In this document: positions 1 through 12,830 of the stretch, in pieces | How positions within the stretch are numbered: position 1 is the stretch's first letter | Layout: the number at the start of each line of letters is the position of its first letter | Assembly: GCA_013265495.1 (NCBI GenBank) | Contig: MU058218.1 | Span: 56,692 to 111,276 of the forward strand | Direction of reading: 5' to 3' | Source: Vicugna vicugna | Lineage: Eukaryota | Length of the DNA stretch: 54,585 nucleotides | Translations under genes and position numbers: made by a program | The notes under the pieces: generated by a model | Databases searched by the model: none | The model's input: only the letters and a program-made list of their open reading frames with translations | What the model was told of the DNA's origin: nothing

Positions 1-924
1 GTCTTGATGACTGTGGCTCTATAGTATTGTCTGAAGTCTGGGAGAGTTATTCCTCCAGCCTCTTTCTTTTTCTTCAGTAATGCTTTGGCAATTCTAGGTC
101 TTTTGTGATTCCATATAAATTTTAGTATGATTTGTTCTAGTTCTGTGAAACATGTCCTGGGTAATTTGATAGGGATTGCATTAAATCTGTAGATTGCCTT
201 GGGCAGCATGACCATTTTAACAATATTGATTCTTCCAATCCAGGAGCATGNNNNNNNNNNNNNNNNNNNNNNNNNNNNNNNNNNNNNNNNNNNNNNNNNN
301 NTCTTTCACCTCCTTGGTTAGATTTATTCCCAGGTATTTTATTACTTTGGGTGCTATTTTAAAGGGGATTGTTTCTTTACTTTCTTTTTCTGTTGATTCA
401 TCGTTAGTGTGAAGAAATGTGACTGATTTTTGAACATTAATCTTCTAACTTGCTACCTTGCTGAATTCTTTGATTATTTCTAGTAGTTTTTGTGTGGGCC
501 TTTTAAGGTTTTCTATATATAGTAACATGTCGTCAGCATATAGTGACACTTTTACCTCTTCTTTTCCAATTTGGATCCCTTTTATTTCTTTCTCTTGCCT
601 GATTGCTCTGGCCAGGACTTCCAAGACTATGTTGAATAGGAGTGGTGATAGTGGGCATCCTTGTCTTGTCCCAGATTTTAGTGGGAAGCTTTTGAGTTTT
701 TCACCGTTGAGAACTATGCTGGCTGTAGGTTTGTCATATATAGCTTTTATTATGTTGAGATATGTTCCCTCTATACCCACTTTGGTGAGAGTTTTTATCA
801 TAAATGGGTGTTGAATTTTATCAGATGCTTTTCCTGCATCTATATTGAGATGACCACGTGGTTTTCGTCCTTTGTCTTGTTGATGTGATGTATTGCATTG
901 ATTGATTTGTATATATTGAATCAC
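1..924 (-). mobile_element. Young LINE-1 ORF2 reverse-transcriptase fragment, 5'-truncated, continues off the window start
   Basis: Minus-strand translation [18 protein letters not shown]...[55 protein letters not shown] is canonical L1 RT with YADD. Homology ends near 924. N gap at 251-301. Confidence 0.97.
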
Positions 925-1569
925 ACTTGAAAACTTTTTTTGATGCAAATTCATGTTAATATAGCTTCTCCAAAATTCATAGCATAATCTATACACTCTT
1001 CTAACAGCCCCCCGTACAAAAAACAAAATATTATGATCAAGTGCATATCTGCGGCTTACATTCTGACTCAGAATTTTAGCACATTCTTTCTGGTAATATC
1101 ATACATGTCCCAGAGTAATGCAATGCTGTAATGATAATTACAAGCTATAATCGTGCTTTTGCATGGAGATCTCGAGCTAGCACGTGAGGCCCGCATCCTC
1201 TTAGCTGCTCACATAACACCTACAGTTCCTGTTTTGTCTGACTAAGTCGACTTAATGTCTTGCTGTTCTCTTTAAAAAAAAAAAAAAAGGTTAATGGTGA
1301 ACAGGAAGTCTTAAGCTTAATTTCTGAGTATGCCCTACTCAAATCAAAATAAAAGTCATTCTTTTCCATTGACTAACATTTTCTGTGTTTTAAAACACCG
1401 AGATGTTTGATAGCCAATTTTCAAGACACTATATATTAAACTGTTAATGGAAAAAAAATGAAAGGAAGTTCTGCTTATATTTTTAATTAAAACTAAAACA
1501 CACATTTCTTTTCCTTCTCACGCATGCACATCACACCCCGAGGTATGCCATCTTAGTCAATCGTGTGCA

Positions 1570-1740
1570 CAGTGGCCATGGCTCCTCCACTTTGGACAGC
1601 TTCAGAGTCACCTGGAGAGCTTGAACATCCTCATGTGCTGGAGATTCTGATGATGTTGGGTTGAACTCAAAACTTGGGTGTATGGATTTCCCCCCAAACT
1701 CTGGGTGATCCTATGTTAACACCAATTTTTGGCATAGTTG
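1570..1740. mobile_element. Degenerate MER5-type hAT-Charlie MITE
   Basis: cagagtcacctggagagctt...gagattctgat...ctctgggtgatcctatg resembles the MER5 core. Confidence 0.5.
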
Positions 1741-2068
1741 AAATCAAAAGAACATTAGAGAGCATAGATTAGCTGTTAATATTTCATACACAAACTGTAT
1801 ATGAGGAATTTAGTTTAGTGTCAATTCCCAGTGATGCAAATGTGTTCTCTCTCTCCCTCTCCACCAAATAATTACTTTTGTGATAAAACCAAGGCTCTGA
1901 GATGATCTGTATTAGAATATCATTCCCTTTCACCAGAATGAAATGCCCTGTGAATAATTTGAAATCATATTTGGAGTTTCCCAGGCTATGTCTGTATAAC
2001 ATTTTTTTTTAACAATAGTGAAAATAAAACCAATACCTAATTTTGTGACCCAGTGCATTCACAAATGG

Positions 2069-2404
2069 CATTTGTTTGTTTGTTTATTTATTTATTTATT
2101 TATTTAAATTGAAGTCTAGTCAGTTTACATTGTGTCAATTTCTGGTGCACAGCATCATGTTTCAGTCATACGTATACATACATATCTATTCCTTTTCATG
2201 TTCCTTTTCATTATAGGTTACTACGAGATATTGAATATAGTTCCCTGTGCTCTATAGAAGTAACTTGTTTTTTATCTATTTTACATATAGTAGTTAGTGT
2301 TTGCAAATTTCAAGCTCCCAATTTATCCCTTCCTACCGCTTCCTCCCCGGTAACCATGAGTTTCTTTGCTATGTCTGTGAGTCTGCTTCTGTTTTGTAGG
2401 TGAG
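2069..2404 (-). mobile_element. 5'-truncated young LINE-1 3' end with TSD
   Basis: (TTTG/TTTA)n tail, then the 3'UTR shared with other young L1 copies in the window. TSD TTCACAAATGG at 2058-2068 and 2405-2415. Confidence 0.9.
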
Positions 2405-2549
2405 TTCACAAATGGGTTTCCCTTATAGCAAAGGTCAACTTTAAATCAGTTACTCAAGAAATTCATCCTCATATTCATACTGACATTCTCACTTCAAGAA
2501 TTTCTTCCTTCTAGGGATTTTTCTAAGAATAAATTTAAAAGTTTCATTG

Positions 2550-2660
2550 CTGTTCTTCACTACTGAGCTCAGTGATCTGAACAAAATCATTTCACTTCCC
2601 TGTTTCATAATTTACTCATTTGATGAATAAAGGATAACCCGAGGGCTTACTGAACCACAC
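2550..2660 (+). mobile_element. MIR fragment
   Basis: Degenerate MIR core (gtgatctgaacaaaatcatttcacttccctgtttcataatttactcatttg). Confidence 0.45.
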
Positions 2661-3129
2661 GTCTCTCAGATAAGACAGAGGATATACCTTCCCAAATAGC
2701 AAGACAAAGAAAATTATAAAAATAAGGAGCTAAGCTCACTGTGGGGTATAAAGGTTGGGGAGGTGGAGATCAACCATGTTTTGCCTTTGAAACCTGCCTT
2801 TTCAGTTAATTTAGTATCAGCATCTCTCATATCTGGAAAAGCATCACCTGCCTGGAAAATTGAGGTAGAAAGTGTATTTGTTTCCTGTTCTCTAAATTTA
2901 AAGTAATAGATTGTTGAGGGGGAAAAAATAAAATTTTGTTGAAAGTTTTATTTAAAAAATGCAGATTTAAATTTGCCATTTCTTTCTAATTTATTGCAGA
3001 AGAGGGACCGTTCTTTGGACTAAAGGGATGTTTCTACCTTTGCCATGGTGTTTTTTTTCTTATTAGATATGGGTATTAGGCATCTTGCCTAAGAAGAGTG
3101 TGAATTGAATAAAATTTACCTTCATTTTC

Positions 3130-3437
3130 ACTCCTGCAAAAATCTAACACCTATAATGAAGTCTTATTCAGGATGACTCTCATTTTATAAGAAATAAGAT
3201 TACCCAAAAGAGTCCACTTTGATTTCCAGGATGGCATTTATTTATTTATAATACATATATTTATAATTTATACACACACACACAAACTCCTAAAAAAATC
3301 TAACGCCTATAATGAAGTCTTATTCAGGATGACTCTCATTTTATAAGAAATAAGATTAACTGAAAGAGTCCACTTTGGTTTCCAGGATGGCATTTATTTA
3401 TAATACATATATTTATAATATATACACAGACACAAAC
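3130..3437. repeat. Tandem duplication of about 156 bp (2 copies)
   Basis: actcct...aatctaac.cctataatgaagtcttattcaggatgactctcattttataagaaataagatta...gagtccacttt...ttccaggatggcattta occurs at 3130-3285 and 3286-3437 with a few substitutions and indels. Confidence 0.95.
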
Positions 3438-3465
3438 ACACACACACACACACATATATATATGC

Positions 3466-3630
3466 ATGTATATATATTATATGTTTCTGTTTTGTAAATC
3501 ATTTGTGTCTTTTCTTTTGATTCTATATATAAGTGATATCATATGGTATTTTTCTATGACTTCAGTTAGTCTGGTAATCTCTAGGTCCATCCATGTTGCT
3601 GCAAATGACATTATTTTATTATTTTTTATC
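3466..3630 (-). mobile_element. LINE-1 3' fragment
   Basis: ctctaggtccatccatgttgctgcaaatgacattatttt is the antisense L1 ORF2 C-terminus (PFAATWMDLE region). Confidence 0.85.
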
Positions 3631-4784
3631 ATTGGTATAACCTACCTCGGCAGCTTGGTGACTTTTGAGGCTGCAGTAGAAGCCAGTGTCCTTGGTGGAA
3701 GAGAAGGAGAAGTTGTGCTGCTCTGTTGAGTGAAAAATACCACTGGGCCTTTGACCTACTTTCTGTCTGTCCACCAGGGCTGAGCACTGACTCTGGCCAT
3801 GTGAGACAGTTGGAGAAGAATTTAAAACCCTTTGTAGAACTTGTTAAATTACCAAAATTCTAAACTCCAACTCAGGGGGGTATTGCTCACCCCACAAATT
3901 TAATGCTAGGATGATGACCTGGAAATTTAAAGTCAGAATTTCTGTTATCTATTGTCTCTACCAGATATACTAGAGTAAAGATAGCTACTGCTGATTTAAT
4001 GAGAAAGTTGATGAATGGTGTTCCTGGAAGAGAGGGCTGTGTCTTCAAACACAATAATTTGGTTCAATGGGAAAAGCGAGGAATACAGAAAAGGGATTTA
4101 GAAAATGGCAGAGTTCAAATTGATGGCTCATGTCGGAACCATTTTTGAAGAATGAGCGAAGTCAGTGCTATCTGCTCTGAGAGATTCAACATCGATGTAA
4201 GACATGGTCTCTAAGCAGAAGCAAAACCTCACATATACATAAACCAAAAAAAAAAAAACTATGGTCTAGAATGGACTTGTCTACTATTCAAGTCATAACG
4301 TGATAGATATCCAGAGTCACACAGAAGTGGGACTGAAGTAAAAATATTTTTTCTCAGTTGATTACAGAGAGTTCCTGGCTTTGGGCTTTAAGCAGGTGAA
4401 GGATTTTAATAAAGAGTTCAGAAAGGAAATATCAGTCCCAACCAAGGGCTATGGGATGGGAAGCTGGTGTTATTTGTGTCCAAGAGTAGAGGATGGGGCT
4501 GGATTTGGGTGCCTCTTGGATGTCACTGCAAGTTGACCCAGCATCAACTCTAGGGAATTGGAGTCTGTTGGCAGGTTGCTTGTCTGCTGCATGTGAGATA
4601 AGAGATCGCTGGTTTCTGGCTCAGGATGGAGGTGAAAAGGGAATTTGATGAAAGTCACTGAGTGGATGCTTCAGGGGAATGGATTTCCCAAGTGTGGACC
4701 ATCAGGCCAGATGACTCCAACACAGTGCAGGGGCCAGCAGGACAGTGCCCCAGCATTAGTGAGGAAATACAACACGTTTCCCTA

Positions 4785-4950
4785 ACACAGCACCTCTCAA
4801 ACTGTCGTGGGCAGAGTGAGTCTTGTTAAAGATGGAGCCCCTGATTCAGCTGGTCTTGGTTAGGGGGCACCGAAGAGTCTTCCCCCGTAAGGAGATCCCA
4901 GGTAACTAACCTGCCGCTGCTGCTTGGTGACCACACTCTGAGAGCAAGGC
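4785..4950. mobile_element. MER5A-like MITE
   Basis: cagcacctctcaaactg...cccaggtaactaacctgccgctgctgcttggtgaccacactctgagagcaag resembles the MER5A termini. Confidence 0.55.
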
Positions 4951-7900
4951 TGTCCAAGGCTGCGGAAGTCTGAGCAGATGGAAGAGGGCAAGAAGCATCA
5001 TCTCTTTGTGGAATTACTGGAGAGAGACACACATCAGGACCTTGCGATCTCTCTTTCCTTTCCCGCAGGATGGTCATAAAGTCAATTTTCAGTTGTTTGA
5101 TCTGTGTTTTGAGGGCAGTGGTACCCATTCAATGAAAGGTTTTGAACAGTGGGATAGGACAAAAGTCCTTCAACAAAGTGATGTGTGGACAGGATGAAGG
5201 AAAGAAGGAAGGCAGGTGACCTGGGGTGATGCCACTCAAATCATCTAGTTCTAAGAACTTGATTGCACCAGCAGAAGAGGTGGCAGGAGTTGCGGACAGG
5301 ATGACATTGATGAAGGTTGACTTTGAAGATGGAAGATGGCAGTGGGGAGTGACAGTTGGAGTCCAGGGGAATTTAGAGGACAGAAGTGCCTGGAAACGTG
5401 GACATCAGTCCTACTTGGACACATTCATTCATTTTCTATTTTACGGTCCTTTTCTCTTCATCTCCTTGATCTGTCGAGTGGGGAGGGACGTGCCTGGGGC
5501 CAGGCTCACCTTTCCCTCCACTTCATGCTTCATTAATCGTGAGCAGTCAACAACCATGTGCTACAGCAGCCGGGAAAGGGACCAAAAGACTAAATACGGA
5601 GGCACAGATGTATCAGCAGCAGTGCCTGCCCTTCACCAAGAAGAAACAGGAACAATTGTTTCTCTTTTTGTTCTCGTGGGACCTCATGGCCCCAGTTTTT
5701 AAGCCACTACCTTTGGTAGATTACCTGGAAACTTCAGAAACTTAGAAGCATGATAAATGGGCAATGGTGAGCAGATAAATCCTGATTTCGGTTGGAAAAT
5801 AAGGGGAAATTCAATACCCCGATAGTATCAGCCTTGTATTTACAGCTGTCGCTGCTGCTCACATGGATAAATGCTCCCCAGGGACCCAGATCAAAGGCGC
5901 GGTCATGGTGCGAGGAGCACGGACCACGTGTGGTAACTTTACGGACTCGGCTGAACGTTCCGAATGAAAGTGCAGGTGGCATATGTCGCAGGTGCTCGTA
6001 AACACGCTGCAGGGTCCAGGCTGCTTGGGGTTTGGAGCTAGGCTGCTCCATTTACCACTTTCTCCTGAAATTTTACCCCGGAGTGTCAGTTATAACCACA
6101 GCGACTCCCTTTCGGGAATAGTATTTCAGCTCTGGGCAGAGGACGCGCGTGCGCGCATTCCGTACTTTTAATTCGCTGTATCCGTTCTGGTATTAACGCT
6201 CCATTTCTAGTGGGAAATTTCTCTATATAGGCGTTTACATTTTTGGGTTGCCTCTCCTCTTGTCCTGCATTTGCATTTGATGTGTCTGTGGTATAAAGAC
6301 CGTGTGATGAATTAGGTACACAGGTACGTGCTCACATCTCAGAGAGCGCGGTCTAAAAAGCTAGAAGCGTGCACGTTTCAAAATTCGCACACCCCAAGCC
6401 TTTCAGGCTGAGGTCTGCATGGGAGTTAAGACGGCAGTGCTCCACGTGGCGTGACGACTGATGGAAGCCTTTTGTATTTGGACTCTCCCAGTTTCCAGAC
6501 GTTCAGCGACTCTATTCTCAGTCTCCTCGGTGACTGGACAACTCATATTTCTTCTCAATCAGATTAATAGCCCTGAAGCTGTACAAATGGCCGGCCCGTA
6601 ACTTCTGACTCCATCTCAGTTCTAAAACTCCAAAGCTAGAAAATGCCCAGCCGCCTGTAAAACAATGTAGGTCAATTCTTTTCCCAACTGTGGTCTGGTT
6701 CCCAAAGGTCCCACGAGGACATGTGGGGATACAGCAGGAGACAGTGGCGCAGCATACCTACGGTGACTTTGTTAAGGACTCTCTCTGGGAAGAACAGACA
6801 AAATCGACCATGACTGATTTCAAGTTTGATTTTCTAGGTTCATTTCACATTTTCAAATTTTATAAATAAATATAGATGATATATGAGGAGTCTGAAGTGG
6901 CATGTAAATATTATTATAACCATATGGCTATTGTTAGGATTTCCAGGCCTGCCAGAGTTGTGTCTTTAATTCGAATGTCTGTGCCTATTTTAAAGCAATG
7001 TTCCAGGATCATGCCTGACAGGTTTCATTGACGGGACTTGGCTTCTGAAGTTAGAAGTGGGAGTTTTTATTTCTGTAGGTATCACTGATACAATTCTTAT
7101 CATTCTCACTTAAGATTAAGAAGGAAAATATTAAAACTAATATGTTCTATGTTTTACTGGGGTGTCTATTTCTGGTAGGCTTAACAAAGCCTTTCTAAAA
7201 ATAAAACAATACAAGGACATGCTTTCAGCCCCAACTAGCAGTGTGTGCACCCGGGATTCTCCGGAACCTTACGTAAGTGATGCCAGCACGTTGAGTTGCT
7301 CCATTTCTACATGGGTCTTAAACTGAAGTGCTGTCAGGTGTGAGATGACCCCTGGACTATTACGTGATGCTTTTCACTAGGCACAGGGTGATGTCTAGTT
7401 TCCAGTATTGTGAATCCATAGATCTTTTGCTTAAATTTTTCCCAGGTGAGAAATTCTTCTAGGTTCTATTCAGAGAAGCCTTGCAACAAGCCCTCTTCTT
7501 CTGTGTGAACTGTCCCCAGGTCATCTCAGGAGGGTGGGGTTTTTTGTTTGTTTATTTGTTCTGTTTTGCAAAATCTCCGTGAAACACCTGGCCTCTCTTT
7601 TAAGTGAAATTGACACTTTCCCGGTTTCAAAAGTATGTTTCCCGAAAGCAGCTAAGAAGATTCAAAATTGTATAAATTAGTTAAATATAGTAACATCTCT
7701 GGCATTTTATGTTGCCATTGAAGAATTCTGATGCACTTAAAAGACAACACACCCAAGAAATATGTTTACTTGTCTCTCTAATGAGGTACTGCACAAATCA
7801 CTGAGTTCATCTCATGTGATAAAGTTAAAACCATTCCCTAATTCTAGAGCAGAGAGAAGACTTGACTTTTTATCTCGTCAAATCACATCATTTCTACTTG

Positions 7901-8557
7901 GAATTTCCCACGGAAGTATTAAGTTAATTTAAAAACACCTAAAATGTGGGGTTCTCATTGACTCCTGGAGTGAACGTTTCAAAACCTCAGTGAATTGAGA
8001 GGGTCCTTGTTTCTTTTTCCCTAATTGTATCTTTTTTGAAAAGAAACCTCCATGATGAAAATTTTAAAGTATTCTGCCTTTGCCAACTACTGTTATTATT
8101 TGTAGCCTTTATTAAGGTAAACACATGCTAGGCTTAAGCTCTCTATAAAGTATGAAGCTATCTTTAAAAGTAAAAATAAAAAAAACTCTAAAACTATGGA
8201 AAATCTTACTCTGGCCACCCACAGCTTCTTTGAAAGTTATCTTAACAAAATTGTTTTTGAATATTTTTTCTTTTTTTAAGTTTTATATGCTTTGGAAGCA
8301 AACTTTTATTTACTTTCATAAAATTCTTGAAAGGCACTTAAATTTTACAATTTCTTTACTCAAATACACTCAGAATTTTACACAAATGGGAATATGAAGA
8401 AATGGCATTTTAATCTTTACTTTCTGATGTAAATGTGTCACTGGACTTTTTTTNNNNNNNNNNNNNNNNNNNNNNNNNNNNNNNNNNNNNNNNNNNNNNN
8501 NNNNNNNNNNNNNNNNNNNNNNNNNNNNNNNNNNNNNNNNNNNNNNNNNNNNNNNNN

Positions 8558-9305
8558 TTTCAGTATATGAATATACTTCCCAGGGAAGTTGTTTATCTAT
8601 TTTATATACAGTAGTGTGTATCTGCAAATCTCAAACTCCCAGTTTATGCCTTCCCATCCTCTTCTTTCCTGGTTCCTTCCAGGTAACCATACGTTTGTTT
8701 TCTAGGACTGTAAGTCTCTGTTCTGTAAATAAGTTCATTTGTCTTTTTCTTTTTTTTAGTTTCCACATATAAGTGATATCATATGATATTTGTCTTTCTC
8801 TGACCTACTTCACTTAGAATGACGATCTCCAGGTCCATCCATGTTGCTGCAAATGGCATTATGTTATTATTTTTTATGGCTGAGTAGTATTCCATTGTGT
8901 TGTGTTTGTGTGTGTGTGTGTATACACACCACATCTTCTTTATTATAGGTTGTTTCCATGTCTTGGCTATTGTAAATAGTGCTGCTGTGAACATTGGGGT
9001 GCAGGTGTGTTCCGAATTAGAGTTTTCTGCAGATATATGCCAAGGAGTGGGATTGCTGGGTCATATGATAAGTCCATTTTTAGTCTTTTGAGGAAACTCC
9101 ATACTGTTTTCCACAGTGGCTACACCAAACCGTATTCTTACCAGCAGTGTAGGAGGGTTCCCTTTTCTCCACAGCCTCTCCAGCATTTGTCATTTGTGGA
9201 CTTTTGAATGATGGCCATTCTGACTGGTGTGAGGTGATACCTCACTGTAGTTTTGATTTGCATTTCTCTAATAATTAGCTCTATTGAGCATTTTTTCATG
9301 TGCTA
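8558..9305 (-). mobile_element. LINE-1 3' end (ORF2 C-terminus and 3'UTR)
   Basis: Minus ORF 8779-8994 reads [16 protein letters not shown]...MEYYSAIK...MPFAATWMDLEIVILSEV. The tail probably lies in the gap 8454-8557. Confidence 0.95.
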
Positions 9306-11481
9306 TTAAAATTGTACTGAATATACTGCAATACTATCCAATAAATGTTGATCCAAAAGCACTTTTAACAAATTCTGTTAGAAATAATGTCTCTTCTTTA
9401 CAAATATGTTACGGTTACTGTTTCCTCACTGTCCACAGACTAGATGTGAGCTTTTTGAAATAGTCAAGGTCCCTTTTCCTCACAGACCCACCTGGTCCTT
9501 CTCCATCTATTTCTGGATGGCAGCCACCAGGAAGGACCACTTTATCTCACTTCTGTGCTCAAACCCTTCAAAGCCTTCCCAGCTGTCTCAGAGGACACCC
9601 CAAGTCTTCATTCCCTTTTTAAAATATATTTTTAACCAAATTAGCCTTTAGAAAGCAACATTTGATGTTTTTCTTATTTATAAGAGGGGAAAAAAAAGGA
9701 GTTACTAGGATAGTTAGGAGTTTGTTTTGAAAACAGTGCAGGTCTGCCCAAGGGAGTCTCAGCATTGCTTGAGTGTCTGAAGGCAGAAACAACAGGGCAC
9801 GGCAATTTCTGGATAATGAACAGGTAACCCCAACATTAGGGGAGGCAACCCCAATGTGTGAAGATAGCAATTAAATATTTTGAATCCAGGAGAGATTTGG
9901 AATTAGGTTTAGAGAGATAATAAAGCCACACTGTGATGTTTACATTTTGTGTTGCTCAGCAATAATGTGTATAAGTTGGATATTAGAAGCACCATGATGC
10001 ATGTTTGGGTGTCTTTTATTCAGTTTTAAAATATGTAATAGAAAAATTAATTTATATTTGTGACTTGGACTTAAAAATAAATTGCAACTGGTATTCCAGA
10101 CATTCAAGACAACTTAAGAATTACCACACTTATAACTCATTTATTGGATTTATAAGAATTTTTTAAGTGTGTGGACAGATCTTGTTTATTACAGCAGACA
10201 AGTGCAAGATTCATGAGGAAATGGAATATGTTAACTTTATGAACATGTGTTGAAATAACTTGGAGAATTTAACTGATTAAAGGTTAAGAGTCCTGTAAAA
10301 TGTAATAATATTTACAAGTGAAGTTTAAAACTTTCAAGGGAGCTTCATTCTTGACTTCGTAACATTCATACATGAAATACTAATTAGAAGTGCAAAATCA
10401 TTTCTGCATATCATTTTCTATGTAAAAAGCTAATCTCAGAAGCACCCCAAATTCTCAGACTGACAGTTTTAAAGAATAGTGTGACAATTTCAGCCTAAAG
10501 GCTAATGATGACCGTGATGACAGCAGAAAGGGGGAAATGGTGCAGAATTATTGAGTGCAGAATCAGCCCAAGCTCCGACATGGGAATGACATGAGAAATC
10601 AATTTCCCAGTCAGAGAAACCAGAAAACAGACCCACCTGGCAATCCATTCCTACTGGAGAAGGCAGAATTCATGTCATAACTTTCTCTTTGCCAGTGTAT
10701 TTTCTGTTTCCCTATGAGCACCCTTCAGTATGTTCTGTTTCTTTGTTGCATTTTTGTGCGTGTGTGTGCTGTTTCGGAGCCAATTTCTTGGAAGCGTTTT
10801 GATGGGTTTCAAGTTTAGATTAAACATGGGAATCACCAGTGTCTTGAACACTGTGTCAGTGGCTTCCAGAGCTTTCCCTGACTGCCAACTGCAGCTGCTT
10901 GCTGCCTGTGCTTCTCTCAGTGGAGACTGGCTGGCATTTTAATTTCCTCTCCAGTTGGCTGGCTGTCCTGGAGATTAGGATGAATTTACACTCACTCACA
11001 GTCGCATAAAGATTACCTGGGGAGCCTGCTTTAATTTCCCAGTCTTTTCAAAGGGCCCAGGTGCAAATTGATCCAATTGATAGATGGAGATATTTTGCCA
11101 GAGAGGAGTCAAAAGGATCCCGTGATTGTCCAGTCGGGGTGAGGTGGGGGTGGCAGTGCCTTCGGTAGGGACAGGAAGCATTGTAGGGTACGGAAGGTGA
11201 GTTCCCTGGGGGCACCCGAGACTGAAATCTCAACCGGTGGTTGGAAAGAGAAGATGCGGCACCGGCTGGGAGCCAGGGTCAAAGAGGAAGGTTTCAAAGT
11301 GAGTTTTCTAGAGCTGATACTGAAGCCGGGAGACTGCCAAGAAAGAGTAAGCAGAGAGAAGGGAGCCCGGGGTATCTCTGCACAGCGGGCTGAGTAGAAG
11401 CTTTTGAGGTGGAAATGGGCACGTGCGCCTGGAATTGCAGAGCTGGGGCTAGACTCTGCTGACTGGTGCTCAGACAGTGGG

Positions 11482-11516
11482 GTGTGTGTGTGTGTGTGTG
11501 TGTTTGTGTGTGTGTG
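11482..11516. repeat. (GT)n microsatellite
   Basis: Directly visible, with one interruption. Confidence 0.95.
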
Positions 11517-11889
11517 GTATGTGTTTAGTATGAACCTACAATCCGAATGGGTTTCAACACATAAAAATGGTATTTCTGCACAGTCTAGAGGAACCCTCTG
11601 CATGGCTTCAGTTAGTAGAGCCAAGGAGCCACGTCCCCCTAGAACGCGGTGTGTGCTTCCTGCCGGGCTCGGTCCCCGCGGCTCCCACGATCTCTGTTCA
11701 TCCACTTAGACCCCGCCGCTCTGTGCCTGCCTCTACCCACCTTCCTGTCCTTGAGTTTTCAATCTGTGCTTCGCTGAATTAAACAGAGAAAAGGTCCATG
11801 CTGAGGGACCGGTGGTGCGGTGCTAGATTTTAGGCTGATCTGTTTATATTAGATTTAGTTTTTGTGAATATGGACTTGACTTTGAATGA

Positions 11890-12292
11890 TGGTATGAGTT
11901 GAATCGGACATTCCCCAAGTTCACATGTTGAAGGACCAATGCCCAGTATCTCAGATATGACTCTATTAGGAAATAGGGTCGGTAGAGATGTATTTGGTAA
12001 AGGTGAGGCCCTCCTAGAGTGGGGGCCCCGATCTCATGTGGCCACGTCCTCGTGGAAAGGGGACATGTGGACACAGACGTGCCCACTGGGAGAAGGCTGT
12101 GTGAAATGAAGGCAGAGATCTACAAGCAGGGACACCAGAGAAGGCCAGCAAACCTCCAGAAGCCGTGAGGAAGGAGGGAACAGATTTCCCTCGACTTTCC
12201 TTCCCACATCTCTAGAAACATAACTATAAGTTTGTGTTATTTAAGACAAAATTCATGGTGCTTTGCAAAGGTAACCCTAGCAAACTAACGCA
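11890..12292 (+). mobile_element. MLT1B/C-type ERVL-MaLR solo LTR
   Basis: Starts tggtatgagttgaat, contains gaaggcagagat...ccagcaaacctccagaagc, ends ccctagcaaactaacgca. About 400 bp. Confidence 0.85.
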
Positions 12293-12309
12293 GATGAAAA
12301 GGACATTCT

Positions 12310-12560
12310 TCCTTTCTTCCTTCCTTTCTTTCTAAATTGAAGTACAGTCAGTTACAATGTGTCAGGTTCTGGTGCACAGCACCATGTCCCAGTCATGCAT
12401 GTACATACATAGATGCATTTTCATATTCTTCTTCATTAAAGGTTATTATAAAATATTGAATACAGTTCCCTATGCTATACAGAAGAAGTTTGTTTTTTAA
12501 ATCAATTTTAACATATAGTGGCTAACATTTGCAAATCTCAAACTGCCAAATATTCCTTCC
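12310..12560 (-). mobile_element. Short young LINE-1 3' end
   Basis: aaattgaagtacagtcagttacaatgtgtc...tggtgcacagcaccatgtcccagtcatgc, same family as 2069-2404 and 50906-51036. Confidence 0.9.
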
Positions 12561-12734
12561 GAAGATGACTTTTTGCCACTTTTAAAGATCACAGGAAAAT
12601 ATCTTTTTTGCAGCAATGATGAATTATAGTCATAGAAATTAAAGAAATAATAGATATTTTAAATTACACAGTTTGAAAAAAGGAATGTGCCGAGGAATAA
12701 CATCTTGCACATTTGGAAAAAGCTGTCATTATTT

Positions 12735-12830
12735 ACCTGCGTGAACAAGTCACACAGGGAAGAGACAGCGGAGCCTGGGTTTGAATCCAGGGAGGATGTG
12801 GACTCGGAGGCATGTTCCCCAGGTATCACC
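12735..12830 (-). mobile_element. MIR fragment
   Basis: caagtcacacag...gagcctgggtttgaatccaggg...gactc is the antisense MIR 5' part. Confidence 0.55.

Noticed and set aside
11109..11705. 198-aa ORF and the overlapping ORFs at 15756-17056
   Set aside because: These are GC-rich or microsatellite-driven open frames with no recognisable domain.
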